Shown here: piece by piece, positions 1-9,448 of the stretch
How the letters are laid out: every line of letters begins with the position of its first letter
How positions within the stretch are numbered: the first letter of the stretch is position 1
DNA from: Polyangiaceae bacterium
GTDB taxonomy: Bacteria > Myxococcota_A > Polyangia > Polyangiales > Polyangiaceae
Length of the DNA stretch: 32,000 nt
Direction: 5' to 3'
Assembly (NCBI GenBank): GCA_025937785.1
Contig: JAICQQ010000002.1
Coordinates: forward strand, 123,365-155,364
Notes under the pieces: generated by a model
What the model was told of the DNA's origin: nothing
The model's input: the letters and a program-made list of their open reading frames with translations, nothing else
Database searches by the model: none
Translations under genes and position numbers: made by a program

Positions 1-1475
1 AACCCAGGCATCAAGAAGTCGAAGAGCGCCCACAGTTCGCCGAGATTGTTTTCGACCGGCGTCCCGCTCAGACACATGCGGTGGCGTGCATCGAGCTGCC
101 GGACGACCTGGCTCGCGAGCGAGCGCGGGTTCTTGATGGTCTGCGCCTCGTCCAAGATCGCATAGTGATACTCACGCCCGATGAAGCTTTTCTGGTCGCG
201 AATCAGGACCGGGTAGGTGGTGATGACCACCTCCGCGTTGTCCAGCGCGGCGTAGTGCGCGTGGCGACCCTTGCCGTGCAACACGACGACGCGCAGGTGC
301 TTGGCGAACTTGGAAAACTCGCGGCGCCAATTGCCGACCAGGCTGGTCGGAACGACGATCAACGAGGGACGGGTGGTGCGCCGCGCCTCTTTCTCTGCGG
401 TGAGGTGGGCGATGGTCTGGAGCGTTTTGCCGAGCCCCATGTCGTCCGCCAAGATGCCGCACAGGTTTTGAGAGCGGAGATGCTCCATCCAGCACAAACC
501 GTCGAGCTGGTATGGCCGCAGCGTGGCGTTCAGCGAGCTTGGCGGCGCGGACCACGCCGGGGGCTTGGCCAAGACCTCTGCTCGCGATAGCGCCTCGTCC
601 GAACCCGAGAGCGTGAAGCTGCCACCGGATTGTTCGACCGCCTCCTGCAAGCGTCCGATGGCTCCGACCAACATACCCACGAAATCGAAGCGTTTCTCGC
701 TGTCTTGAGCGGGATCGTACAGGTCGCGCAGCACCAACAGGATGCGTTCCAGGCGCTCCCAAGGAATCGCCAGGTAACGGTTGTCGCCCACGTGGATGGC
801 TCGGAATCGCGCGGGGTACAGGGCGAGGGAGTTCAGCGAAGCGCCGTCAGGTGTCTGCTCGAGCAGCTCGACCAGCGCCGGAACCAGATTGAAAGGCTCC
901 CCCTGTACCAAGATGCCGAGCTCGAGGCTGAACCAGTCGTTGCGCGTCTCACCGAACAACGGCAGCTGCTCGTCGTTTTGCTCGAGCTTGCCGTACCAAT
1001 TGGGGCTCGCGTCGAGCACCTGGTACGGGTAGTCCGGATCGATGACGATGGTGAAGCCGTGCTTTTCGAGCTCCGGCAGCGCCTGCGCGCTGAACGAGCA
1101 GGCCGCGTGTGCGTTCGGCTCGAGGCAGACCAGGTAGTTCGCCTCCGACCCGTAGGGTGGGATACAGCCGTCGACGCAGTCGATTTCGACGGCGCCGAAG
1201 CGCTCCAGCAATTGTTGCGCTTTGGCCTCGGCCTTTTCGTCGCGAAAGCCACGCTCGGTGGGGTTAGGAGGATCCCACTCGGCGTCCGTGTTGCCCGAAA
1301 GCGCGCGCACACGGCGGCCTCCATAGTCGAAGCTCAGAGAGAGCACCGGCCAGCTGACCTCTCGATCGCCGCGCTCGGTTTCCAGGAGCACTCGCTCTGC
1401 GAACAACCTCAGAACCGGCTTACACCGCTCCCGCCGGTTCACGAACTCTACTGGGGTGATTAACTCCGCGTGCAC
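1..1475 (-). CDS. SNF2/RapA-family helicase, N-terminal ~490 aa (the 3' end runs off the window at position 1)
   Basis: Own minus-strand translation; the ORF is absent from the track because it is open at the window edge. It reads ...LRPYQLDGLCWMEHL..ILADDMGLGKTLQTIA (motif I)..LIVVPTSLVGNW..YHYAILDEAQTIKNPRS (DEAQ, motif II)..LSGTPVENNLGELWALFDFLMPG (motif III). GTG at 1475-1473 is the first canonical start after an in-frame upstream TAG. The start is uncertain. Confidence 0.85.
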   Translation of the reverse strand, partial: MHAELITPVEFVNRRERCKPVLRLFAERVLLETERGDREVSWPVLSLSFDYGGRRVRALSGNTDAEWDPPNPTERGFRDEKAEAKAQQLLERFGAVEIDCVDGCIPPYGSEANYLVCLEPNAHAACSFSAQALPELEKHGFTIVIDPDYPYQVLDASPNWYGKLEQNDEQLPLFGETRNDWFSLELGILVQGEPFNLVPALVELLEQTPDGASLNSLALYPARFRAIHVGDNRYLAIPWERLERILLVLRDLYDPAQDSEKRFDFVGMLVGAIGRLQEAVEQSGGSFTLSGSDEALSRAEVLAKPPAWSAPPSSLNATLRPYQLDGLCWMEHLRSQNLCGILADDMGLGKTLQTIAHLTAEKEARRTTRPSLIVVPTSLVGNWRREFSKFAKHLRVVVLHGKGRHAHYAALDNAEVVITTYPVLIRDQKSFIGREYHYAILDEAQTIKNPRSLASQVVRQLDARHRMCLSGTPVENNLGELWALFDFLMPG

Positions 1476-1974
1476 TACTGCTCTGTCGTCTCTGGTGGAG
1501 CCGTCTCTGCGAGATCGGCGACTGGTTGATCCCCGCGTGCCTGGAGCCGGCAGGGCTCTCGCGCACGTGGGTCCGCGAGACTAACCCCATCCACGTCTCA
1601 GCAAAAATGTTGTGCAACAAATTTGCCTTCGCCGAACGCCTGGGCCGCGCGCGCTGTGGCAGGGCAGCGCCTTCGAGCGCGGGGGAGCGCCACGGGTTGG
1701 GCACCGGCCCCGACGAGTGCACAACTTGCCCTGCCATGCCCCAATGCCATCGTGCGAAGCAGGCCCCGGTCGACGCCTCGGCAAGGCAAGCGCTCGTGCG
1801 AGCGGCTGCGCGTATCCGACATCCGCTCACCCGACGACTCGCGCACGGCGGAGCCTCGATCGAGCCTCTCGACGCTGCCCCCCGGTCCTGTGCGGACAAA
1901 AGCGAGAAGTCCGTCGCAACGCCACCTTTGCTGTCTCGGCTGCGATTTGTTTGGCCATCCGCCGAAAGTCCTCG

Positions 1975-2400
1975 ATGACTCGTCCTATGACTCGGCCGCG
2001 TCTCGTCTCTCGTCCGGCGTCAGCGCCCGAGCTGACTCCGGTGTCGCGCGTCAGGGTTCGAGTGCGCCGCCCGCGCCAACAAATCGTGGTCCGGGCCGCC
2101 TCGCTCCCTGGCGAGCTCCGGAGCCCGCCATCCAGCGGGTCCCGCAGCGACACGCCGACTCTGATTGGTCTGGACGTTCGTGAGCGGCAAGACACGCTCC
2201 CCGAGCTCCGCGCGGACGCCGACACCGGCTGGAGCGACGTGGAGAACGACTGGGGCGGTGAAGGCAGGACGCTGGTGGCAATGAAGCGGCGGCCGGTGGT
2301 GCTGCGGGAGGGCAGGGATGACGCGCTCGCGGACGAGTACCGGCGCCAGGCGCAGGCGCTCCTGGATGCGGGGTTGTTCGGGCCCCGCCGAGCCTTGTAG
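1975..2400 (+). CDS. hypothetical protein (~141 aa; start uncertain)
   Basis: This is the C-terminal part of track ORF 1612..2400. Third-position GC is very high from about 2170 to the stop (gac acg ctc ccc gag ctc cgc gcg gac gcc ...), which is typical of real genes here. The stop TAG (2398-2400) overlaps the GTG at 2400 of the next gene. There is no clear SD, and the ATG at 1975 is one of several possible starts. Confidence 0.4.
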   Translation: MTRPMTRPRLVSRPASAPELTPVSRVRVRVRRPRQQIVVRAASLPGELRSPPSSGSRSDTPTLIGLDVRERQDTLPELRADADTGWSDVENDWGGEGRTLVAMKRRPVVLREGRDDALADEYRRQAQALLDAGLFGPRRAL

Positions 2401-3725
2401 TGTCGCCCGAACCACGGGCGGGTTGCGGGCCGCCCGTGTTCGGCTACGACCCGGCGGTGGCTCCTCGCGACCCGGTAAGGGTGGAAAAGCTGGTCCCTGG
2501 CGGCGACGGTTTTCTGCGGCGTCCGGACGGTGAACCCTTGCTGGTCCCCGGGGCTTTGCCTGGCGACCTGGTGTCGATCGCCAGCGAGCAGCGCAAGGCC
2601 GGTGTTGCTCGCGCGTTGAGCTGGGAACTCGTTTCGGCCAGCCCCGATCGCGTCAAGCCCGTCTGCGAGGTGTACTCCGAGTGCGGCGGCTGCGACTTGA
2701 TGGCGCTCGGCAGCGAGGCACAGGCACGCGCCAAGCTGGGCTTGTTTCAGGACGCGCTGGAGCGCGTCGGTCGTGTCGAGCCGGACCGGTTGCCCACGTC
2801 ACTGACTCGGGCGGGCTCAGAATTCGGCTACAGGAATCGGCTCCGCTTGCAGATCACGCCCGACGGGCACGTGGGGTTCTTTCGCAAGCAGTCGCACGAG
2901 CTGGTCGAGCCGCGCCGGTGCCACGTGGCCGCGCCCGAGATCGAGCAGGCGCTGACGACATTGCGTAAGCTCGCGCGGGGCGCACCGGGTGCGATCACGC
3001 AGTTCGCGTTCGTCGAAATTCGCCGCTCCGATGCCGGCACGTCGTTCTACTTCGCTCTGCGCGACGGCGTGGCATGGGTGCCGGTGGAGGCGCAGGCTTT
3101 GCTGCGCAAACTCCGGCGGGAGCACGCCGTCGCGACGAGTGCCGACAGCGACGCCGAGCTGGAGCGCTTCCAGCTCGACGAGCGCGTCTACCTGTACGCT
3201 GCGCCCGGCGCCTTTTCGCAGGTGAATTGGGCGGTGAATCGGGCGCTCGTGGCGCGCGTGGTCGAGCTCGCGCTCGCGTCCGGGGCGCGCGAGTTCCTGG
3301 ACCTTTACTGTGGTTCCGGAAACTTCAGCTTGCCGCTGATGGCGGCGGGGGTGCCTGGTGTCGGGGTCGAGTCCAACCGCGCCGCCGTCGCCGCCGCGGC
3401 GCGCGCGGCCCGGGAACAGAGTTTGTCGGGACGTTTCGTCGTGGACGATGCGATCCGCTACGCAAGCGCTAGAGAGCGTGACACGAAAAGCTTCGATCTG
3501 GTGCTGGTCGATCCGCCGCGCGCTGGGGTCAAAGCGGGGCTGGGGGCGATGGCGCGCATCTGCGGCCGTGCGCTGTGCGTGGTGGGCTGCGACCCGGTGA
3601 CCTTCGCCCGAGACCTGCGCGGTTTCCTGGATGCCGGGTTCGAGCTTCGCCACCTCGAGGGCTTCGACATGTTCCCGCAGACGCATCATTTGGAAGCGCT
3701 CGCCTGGCTCGAGCGGGCGGCTTGA
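2400..3725 (+). CDS. class I SAM-dependent RNA (uracil-5-)-methyltransferase, RlmD/RumA/TrmA family, with TRAM-like N-terminus
   Basis: The Fe-S cysteine cluster is CEVYSECGGCDLM plus a later RRCHV. FSQVN is present. The SAM-binding motif is DLYCGSGNFSLPL. VDPPRAG is present, and the catalytic-Cys region is CVVGCDP. The start is either GTG 2400 or GTG 2436. Confidence 0.85.
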   Translation: MSPEPRAGCGPPVFGYDPAVAPRDPVRVEKLVPGGDGFLRRPDGEPLLVPGALPGDLVSIASEQRKAGVARALSWELVSASPDRVKPVCEVYSECGGCDLMALGSEAQARAKLGLFQDALERVGRVEPDRLPTSLTRAGSEFGYRNRLRLQITPDGHVGFFRKQSHELVEPRRCHVAAPEIEQALTTLRKLARGAPGAITQFAFVEIRRSDAGTSFYFALRDGVAWVPVEAQALLRKLRREHAVATSADSDAELERFQLDERVYLYAAPGAFSQVNWAVNRALVARVVELALASGAREFLDLYCGSGNFSLPLMAAGVPGVGVESNRAAVAAAARAAREQSLSGRFVVDDAIRYASARERDTKSFDLVLVDPPRAGVKAGLGAMARICGRALCVVGCDPVTFARDLRGFLDAGFELRHLEGFDMFPQTHHLEALAWLERAA

Positions 3726-3881
3726 GTCGCAGCGCGGCTACCGCAGGTAGCGCGGGCGCGCGCGCAGTGCGCTCGAATTCGACCAAATTGCCGCGCCTGG
3801 CGTCGCGCACTGGAGCCGCAGCGTCCGGCGCTACGGCTCGGGCATCGACATCGGTGCCGCGTGACATTACCTTACCCTGGA

Positions 3882-5810
3882 ATGGCAGACGGAAATAGTT
3901 GGAGGCCGAGCCTCTCGAAAAGACCAGCCGGCGCACCACCACCCACGACACCTCGGCGCCCCTGGGTGCTGCCGCTGTTGCTCGTAGCCGCCTATTTCCT
4001 GTGGGAGTTCAGCTCCTCCAACGACTGGTCGCACCCCTCGCTGCCGTACAGCGCGTTCTACGAGGCAGTCTCGAACGGGCAGGTCGAACGGGTTCAGCTC
4101 CGAGGCCGTCAGCTCCTCGGCGACATGACCGATGGCACCAGCATCGACGGTCGGGTGGTCGACACGTTCACCACCACCTTGCCAGCACAAGACGACAAAG
4201 ATCTGTTCCCGATGCTGCGCGAGAAGGGGGTCAAGATCGACATCGTCGACGAAGAGCCACCGCTTGCGCTGCAGATCTTCGTGAACCTGCTGCCGCTGAT
4301 CTTGATCGGCGGGTTCCTGTTCTGGGCCGCGCGGCGTTCGAGCGTGGGCGGGGCGGGCCCGCTCGCGGGGCTGATCAAGGGTCGCAGCAAACGCTTCGAC
4401 CGCGAAAACCAGGTCCCGGTCAAGTTCGACCACGTGGCGGGCTTGGGGCCAGCCAAACGTGACTTGCAAGAGGTCGTCGAGTTTCTGAGCCACCCCGATC
4501 ATTTCTCCCGCCTCGGCGGCAAGGTTCCGCGCGGTATCCTGCTCGTGGGGCCCCCCGGCACCGGAAAAACCCTGCTGGCGCGCGCGGTCGCTGGTGAGTC
4601 CGGCGTTCCGTTCTTTTCCATCAACGGATCGGAGTTCATCGAATTGTTCGTGGGTGTGGGCGCCTCGCGTGTGCGTGAGCTTTTCGAAGAAGCGAAGAAG
4701 GTTTCTCCAGCCATCATTTTCATCGACGAGATCGACGCCGTGGGACGTTCGCGCGGCGCGGGCCTGGGGGGCGGGCACGACGAACGCGAACAAACCTTGA
4801 ACCAGCTGCTCAGTGAGATGGACGGCTTCGCTCGCAACGACATGGTGATCGTACTCGCCGCGACCAACCGCCCGGATGTGCTCGATCCGGCGCTGCTCCG
4901 CCCGGGCCGCTTCGATCGGCGGGTGCTCATCGACAGGCCCGAGGTGGCAGCGCGCGAGGCGATCCTCAAGGTGCATACCCGGGACAAGCCCCTGGCGGAC
5001 GACGTGGATCTGGAAGCCATCGCGAAGAACTCGGTCGGATTTTCCGGTGCTGAGCTCGAGAATCTCGCGAACGAGGCCGCGTTGAACGCCACCCGGCGTG
5101 GCGCCACTCAGCTCGACTCGAGCGACTTCCACGCTGCGTTCGACAAGATCGTGCTCGGTGATCCGCGCGAGACGAAGCTCGACGCCCAAGAAAAGCGCCG
5201 CGTCGCCATCCACGAAGCCGGGCACGCGGTGGCGGCGCATTTTTCGCCCCACGCCGACCCGCTGCACCGCGTGAGCATCTTGCCACGCGGCATGGCGTTG
5301 GGCGTGACCCAGTCGACGCCCGGTGCCGACCGCCACATCATGACGCGACCCGAGCTCGAGTCGCGCTTGCGTTACTTGATGGGGGGATATGCGGCTGAGA
5401 AGCTGGTGTTGGGCGACACCTCGTCCGGTGCCGAGAACGACCTGCAGAAGGCCACCGACATCGCTTTCAAGATGGTCGCACACTTCGGGATGAGCGAGCG
5501 CCTGGGGCCGGTCTTCCACGAGCACCGTACGGAACACCCGTTTCTGGGCCAGAAGGTCGCGACCGAGGGCGGCACGAGCGATGCCACGGTGTTCGCCATC
5601 GAAGAAGAGACCCGGACCATCCTCACGACCGCCGTGGAACAGGCGGTGCACCTGCTCGCGACGCACCGTGATCGCCTCGATCGTCTGGTCGAGGCGTTGC
5701 TCGAGCGCGAAACGTTGGAAAAGGTGGAACTGCTTGGCCTTTTGGGTCCTGCGGTCAACGCGAGCGGCCCCGGGGAGAGTGATTCGCTGCACTTCTCGCG
5801 GTCACGCTGA
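3882..5810 (+). CDS. ftsH: ATP-dependent zinc metalloprotease FtsH
   Basis: There is an N-terminal TM segment ([14 protein letters not shown]) and a second TM. Walker A is [17 protein letters not shown] and Walker B is [10 protein letters not shown]. The SRH is [20 protein letters not shown] and the zinc site is HEAGHAV. I prefer ATG 3882; GTG 3861 is the alternative. Confidence 0.95.
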   Translation: MADGNSWRPSLSKRPAGAPPPTTPRRPWVLPLLLVAAYFLWEFSSSNDWSHPSLPYSAFYEAVSNGQVERVQLRGRQLLGDMTDGTSIDGRVVDTFTTTLPAQDDKDLFPMLREKGVKIDIVDEEPPLALQIFVNLLPLILIGGFLFWAARRSSVGGAGPLAGLIKGRSKRFDRENQVPVKFDHVAGLGPAKRDLQEVVEFLSHPDHFSRLGGKVPRGILLVGPPGTGKTLLARAVAGESGVPFFSINGSEFIELFVGVGASRVRELFEEAKKVSPAIIFIDEIDAVGRSRGAGLGGGHDEREQTLNQLLSEMDGFARNDMVIVLAATNRPDVLDPALLRPGRFDRRVLIDRPEVAAREAILKVHTRDKPLADDVDLEAIAKNSVGFSGAELENLANEAALNATRRGATQLDSSDFHAAFDKIVLGDPRETKLDAQEKRRVAIHEAGHAVAAHFSPHADPLHRVSILPRGMALGVTQSTPGADRHIMTRPELESRLRYLMGGYAAEKLVLGDTSSGAENDLQKATDIAFKMVAHFGMSERLGPVFHEHRTEHPFLGQKVATEGGTSDATVFAIEEETRTILTTAVEQAVHLLATHRDRLDRLVEALLERETLEKVELLGLLGPAVNASGPGESDSLHFSRSR

Positions 5811-5852
5811 CAGCGCGAGATAAAGGCCGCGGGAACTCCGGAGTGTCCAGGG

Positions 5853-6869
5853 ATGTCACAACCTGCACGCCGGATGAATGCCGCGGTCCTTGCCACGCTG
5901 TCGCTGGTTGCCTCCGGCGCCTTGCACGGCCTCTTGTTCCTGGGGTTGGTTCGATCGGCCCGCGGCGCCGAACGTGCGTGGGACGAGCTCGCGCCTGCGC
6001 GTTTCGTCGGCAACACCTTCGAGATCGAGACGCTGGACGCACCAACGCCGGCTCCGCCCAGTCCCTCCCCAGGCCCCGCCTCCGACTCGGAGCCCGAAAG
6101 CGCCGCGAGCCCCGCGAGCCCCGAAGCGCCGAGCGAGCCGGCGCCGCCGGTCCCGCCCCCGGCGCCGGCGGCCCCTACGCCACTGCCCGCAGAGCCTCCA
6201 GAGCCCGTCACGCCCTCGGCACTGGAACCGTCCTCGGGCGCCTCGGCGCTGCCTCCTCGGGAGCAGGGTCGAGCAGTGGCGCCGGCGCCCACGCCCGCAG
6301 CGCCGGCTGCGAGTGCTGCGCCGGGCACACCCGCCGCCGAGGCCTCGGCTAGCGCTGGACCAGCCATGGCGGCGAGCATGGCGGCGCCCGCGTACGGTCA
6401 AGACTCGCTACCCGCGAATACGGTGAGCGTTGCTAAAGCCTTCACGCGGGCGGTGCCGCGCATCGCTTCCGCCGACAAGGTGTGGCATGGTCTGGCGATC
6501 GGGGCCGCGGGCAGCGCGGTGTTCGAGATCCAGGTGGACGCACGAGGCAAAGTGGTCGGACAAGGCACGGTTCTCGACAAGCCTGCACCAGCGCAGCACC
6601 TGGCGCGCATCGTTGGTCGCACGGTGCTGCTGCTGCGAAACCAGACCTTTGCGGCTTCCGCGGAGGGAGGGCCTCCGGCGAACCAGCGCTTCGAGCTCTC
6701 GGCGGTGATCCGTCAGGTGCCGGCGCTCGAAGACAGCTTCGCCGAACCCGAGGACCTGCGGCAGATCGGACGTCTCGTGGAGCCGACCCGGGTGCGGCCG
6801 GGCAAAGCCAACTTCACCTTCAACTCCGGACGGCAGGTGGAGCTTACCCTGCGCCTGTTGGATCCTTGA
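5853..6869 (+). CDS. membrane-anchored Pro/Ala-rich protein with TonB-C-like C-terminal region
   Basis: The N-terminal anchor is AAVLATLSLVASGALHGLLFLGLV, followed by ~120 aa of P/A/S/E-rich linker (PTPAPPSPSPGPASDSEPE...). The C-terminal segment GSAVFEIQVDARGKVVGQGTVLDKP...LARIVGRTVLLL resembles the TonB C-terminal pattern. GGAG lies 9 nt upstream of the ATG. The functional call is weak. Confidence 0.65.
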   Translation: MSQPARRMNAAVLATLSLVASGALHGLLFLGLVRSARGAERAWDELAPARFVGNTFEIETLDAPTPAPPSPSPGPASDSEPESAASPASPEAPSEPAPPVPPPAPAAPTPLPAEPPEPVTPSALEPSSGASALPPREQGRAVAPAPTPAAPAASAAPGTPAAEASASAGPAMAASMAAPAYGQDSLPANTVSVAKAFTRAVPRIASADKVWHGLAIGAAGSAVFEIQVDARGKVVGQGTVLDKPAPAQHLARIVGRTVLLLRNQTFAASAEGGPPANQRFELSAVIRQVPALEDSFAEPEDLRQIGRLVEPTRVRPGKANFTFNSGRQVELTLRLLDP

Positions 6870-8296
6870 CGGCGGGCGCGCGAGTACGACGCTGCCGACG
6901 GCGCGCTCTGAGCATTCGTCACCGCCTCTGTGGTGGGCTCGCTGGGGGGTTGGCGCTGGTGGTGACCGCGGCGTGCCGGCAACCGAGTCAGCGTCCGCCG
7001 TCGAATCGTGAAGCAGCCGAGCCGCGCGCGTCGGCGTCGGCGCCGGCGTCGCCCAGTGCTGCGCCTCGGCCGATCCAACGAGCGCGCGTCGTGGCGCGGC
7101 ATCGGTTGGGCGTGCCCCTGCATCCCGAGGCCGGCGCCGCCGAAGTCTCCGCGCGTTTGCCCGACGGCGCCTGGGTAAGCGTCGTCGGCAAGAGCCGCGA
7201 CGGACGCTGGCTTCGCGTGATCGCGACTGACGGTGTGCACGGCTGGCTCACGGAACGTTACCTGAGGGCAGCGAACGAGGCGCCGGCGCCGGCGCGTGCA
7301 TCGGTGTGGAGCGGGCCTGAAGAGTGCTTGCACGGGCTCGCGACCGCGACGGCCCCGCGCGAGCCGGGGGTGGCTCGCTTCATGACCTATAACCTGAGGT
7401 GGTTTCCCGATGGCATGCCCGGCAAGCGAGCCGGCGATCGTGCGACGGACATCGAATGGCTCGCGTGCGCGATCGCGGCATCACGCGTGGATGTGGTCTT
7501 GCTGCAGGAGATCAAGACGACGCCACGAGGGCGGCAAGCGCTCGGCGCGCTGGTGGCGGCGCTGAACCGCCACACCGGCGGCAGCTTCGAGACGCGCCTC
7601 GATCCCTGTCCGATCGAGACCTCTCAGCACGTCGGGGTTTTGTACGACGCCGCGCGCACGCGCGCGAGTGATTTTCAGACGTACGCAGGGCTGAATCCTC
7701 ACGGCGAGCCGTGCCGTGACCAACTGCGGCCTGGGTTCGGCGGCTATTTCGAGTTTCCGGGCGGCCTCGACCTGCACGTCGTCAGCGTCCATTTCAAGAG
7801 CGGGCCGCAGCGTCGCGACCACGAGCTCAGGCTGCGTTCGTTGGCCGGACTCGGCGGCGTGCTCGCGCAGGCCACCGGCGTTCGGGGCGACGACGACGTC
7901 GTGGTCGGGGGCGATCTGAACACCATGGGTTGCCGCCACTGTTCCCCCGCCATCAGCGCTGGCGCCGAGCTCGAGCGGTTCGAGCGCGAGCTGGCGGCGG
8001 CGAAGCCCCCCTGGTCACTCGTCGCCTCACGGCAGACGTGCAGCGAATACCACGGAGGCGCGGGCGTGTTGCTCGATCACTTCGTGCTCTCCGGCGGGCT
8101 CGCGCGCGGGGTGGGTGCTGTCGAAAGCCAAGTCGCGGGATACTGCGCCGACGTCAGCTGCCGCCCTTTCCCCCCGAGTCGTACGCCCGCCGCCTACAGC
8201 GCCTTGAGCGATCACTGTCCCGTGGTGCTCGAGCTCCCCGATCGCGACGACGACCCGGCTGCTCCCGGCGCCGCAGCAACCAGCGCTGGCCGGTGA
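6866..8296 (+). CDS. lipoprotein with SH3b-like domain and endonuclease/exonuclease/phosphatase (EEP) domain
   Basis: Track ORF 6482..8296 overlaps the previous gene. An in-frame TTG at 6866 forms a TTGA overlap with the upstream stop. It gives a signal peptide RVRRCRRRALSIRHRLCGGLAGGLALVVTAAC with a lipobox-like TAAC. The SH3b-like segment is ARLPDGAWVSVVGKSRDGRWLRVIATDGVHGWLTERYL. EEP motifs are FMTYNLRWF, VDVVLLQEI, VVVGGDLN and LSDHCPVVLEL. Confidence 0.8.
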   Translation: MTAGARVRRCRRRALSIRHRLCGGLAGGLALVVTAACRQPSQRPPSNREAAEPRASASAPASPSAAPRPIQRARVVARHRLGVPLHPEAGAAEVSARLPDGAWVSVVGKSRDGRWLRVIATDGVHGWLTERYLRAANEAPAPARASVWSGPEECLHGLATATAPREPGVARFMTYNLRWFPDGMPGKRAGDRATDIEWLACAIAASRVDVVLLQEIKTTPRGRQALGALVAALNRHTGGSFETRLDPCPIETSQHVGVLYDAARTRASDFQTYAGLNPHGEPCRDQLRPGFGGYFEFPGGLDLHVVSVHFKSGPQRRDHELRLRSLAGLGGVLAQATGVRGDDDVVVGGDLNTMGCRHCSPAISAGAELERFERELAAAKPPWSLVASRQTCSEYHGGAGVLLDHFVLSGGLARGVGAVESQVAGYCADVSCRPFPPSRTPAAYSALSDHCPVVLELPDRDDDPAAPGAAATSAGR

Positions 8297-8306
8297 GCTC
8301 CGCCGG

Positions 8307-9107
8307 CTACCTGCAGAAGCGTTCGATGGCGTCGAGCACCTGGCGCCCGCTCGCCACGAACAAGTCGTTGTGACGCCCGGCGTCGACCAGTCGGAGCTCG
8401 GCGCGCGGAATCGCTTCGGCGATCCGCACGCCCATGCTTACTGGGATCACCTCGTCATGGGTCCCATGGATCACCAGCGTGGGCTGCTGGACGGCGGGGG
8501 CCTTTGCCAGATTCAGGTAGCGATCATGAATGAAATCGCTCGGGAAAATCGGCAGTGTCCGCTTGCCCATGTCCACCATGCTCGTGTAGGGGCTCAGCAA
8601 GATCAAGCGCGCACCATGGCCGCGTCGGGCCATCTCGACTGCCACTCCGGTGCCGAGCGATTGGCCCTGGAGTACGAGCTTGTCGCGGGTCACGGCGTGC
8701 CGCGCCTGCAGGTGCTGGACACTGGCTTCGGCGGCGGCGTAGTTCGCCTGCTCGGAGGGCGCGCCCTCGGCGACGCCGTAGCCCGGATACTCCATCGCGA
8801 AGAAACTCAGACCTCGCGCACGCAGCGCGCGACCGAGCGCGATCAGATCCGCGATCTGCTCGCCGTTGCCGTGAAAATGCAGCAGCGTGGGGGCGTCGGC
8901 CGCCCCGGCGAAGTAAAGCCCGACCGTGTCCCGACCACCAGGCACGGCGATCCGCTCGAGCGAGGCATCCTCGACCTCCGGCCGAATCACTCTACCGGGG
9001 GTGGGGTAGATGATGCGCCGCTGGGCGACGTAAACCGCGCCGACGAGTGCGGCGTAGGCTCCGACTGCGAGACCCAGGACCAACATGAACCATCGTAGCC
9101 GAGGCAA
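8307..9107 (-). CDS. alpha/beta hydrolase (serine hydrolase), membrane-anchored
   Basis: The N-terminal TM is FMLVLGLAVGAYAALVGAVYV. The nucleophile elbow is GQSLGTG. Asp lies in HGTHDEVIP and His in AGRHNDL. The start is either TTG 9107 or ATG 9086. Confidence 0.85.
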   Translation of the reverse strand: MPRLRWFMLVLGLAVGAYAALVGAVYVAQRRIIYPTPGRVIRPEVEDASLERIAVPGGRDTVGLYFAGAADAPTLLHFHGNGEQIADLIALGRALRARGLSFFAMEYPGYGVAEGAPSEQANYAAAEASVQHLQARHAVTRDKLVLQGQSLGTGVAVEMARRGHGARLILLSPYTSMVDMGKRTLPIFPSDFIHDRYLNLAKAPAVQQPTLVIHGTHDEVIPVSMGVRIAEAIPRAELRLVDAGRHNDLFVASGRQVLDAIERFCR

Positions 9108-9130
9108 GGCGCCGGGGAGGCAGCTGGCGC

Positions 9131-9349
9131 CTATTCGGTTTCTGCCGTGGCTTTGCTGGAGGACTTCTGCTCGGCCCCGCCGTCGTCGATGAGGGTGCTC
9201 AGGGCTTCGATCTGGCGCTTGGTCTGCAATTCGGCCTGCCGGAACTTCTTCAGCTCCGATTCAAGCTTGCGCTGCTCTTGCTCGAGTTCTCGCAGCTTAG
9301 TCTTCAGTGCATTCCGTTCGGACTTCAGGTTTTCCAGGTCCAGTGCCAC
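9131..9349 (-). CDS. small coiled-coil protein (72 aa), hypothetical
   Basis: GGAGG lies 4 nt upstream of the GTG start (ctGGAGGcagcGTG). The sequence is heptad-like and charged (LKSERNALKTKLRELEQEQRKLESELKKFRQAELQTKRQIEAL). It lies co-directionally downstream of the GGDEF gene. Confidence 0.55.
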   Translation of the reverse strand: MALDLENLKSERNALKTKLRELEQEQRKLESELKKFRQAELQTKRQIEALSTLIDDGGAEQKSSSKATAETE

Positions 9350-9448
9350 GCTGCCTCCAGGCTGATTGCCAATGGGTGGCCGTCAGGAGTAGAGGACGCC
9401 CGAGCCGGGGTCAAGCCCCGACGCGCAGCGGGCTTCGTCGGCTCGCGT

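Noticed and set aside
1-1475. The SNF2 helicase as part of a defence system (for example a Zorya/DISARM-like context).
   Set aside because: The gene sits at the window edge with no visible partner genes. Its downstream side lies outside the window, and the visible upstream neighbours are housekeeping genes (RNA methyltransferase, ftsH). The N-terminal architecture fits the common stand-alone bacterial SNF2/RapA-like proteins.
3733-3757. Hairpin GCTACC-gca-GGTAGC after the methyltransferase gene, and hairpin AGGCGCC-N12-GGCGCCT at 9107-9132.
   Set aside because: The stems are short and lack U-tracts. The second overlaps the proposed TTG start of the hydrolase gene. Neither is supportable as a terminator.
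3867-5792. A 641-aa ORF antisense to ftsH. Similar long antisense or out-of-frame ORFs occur at 20991..22445, 21166..22542, 22965..24074, 24941..25756, 27118..28341, 28002..29123, 5372..6379 and 17712..19328, and in the 16162..17349 part of ORF 15697..17349.
   Set aside because: Each lies opposite or out of frame to a gene with unmistakable family motifs. The translations are Arg/Ala/Gly/Pro-rich and low-complexity. Long stop-free shadow frames are expected in ~70% GC DNA.
6482-6865. The N-terminal 128 aa of track ORF 6482..8296.
   Set aside because: It overlaps the well-supported 5853..6869 gene in another frame and translates to Arg/Gly-rich low-complexity sequence. The in-frame TTG at 6866 yields a proper lipoprotein signal peptide.
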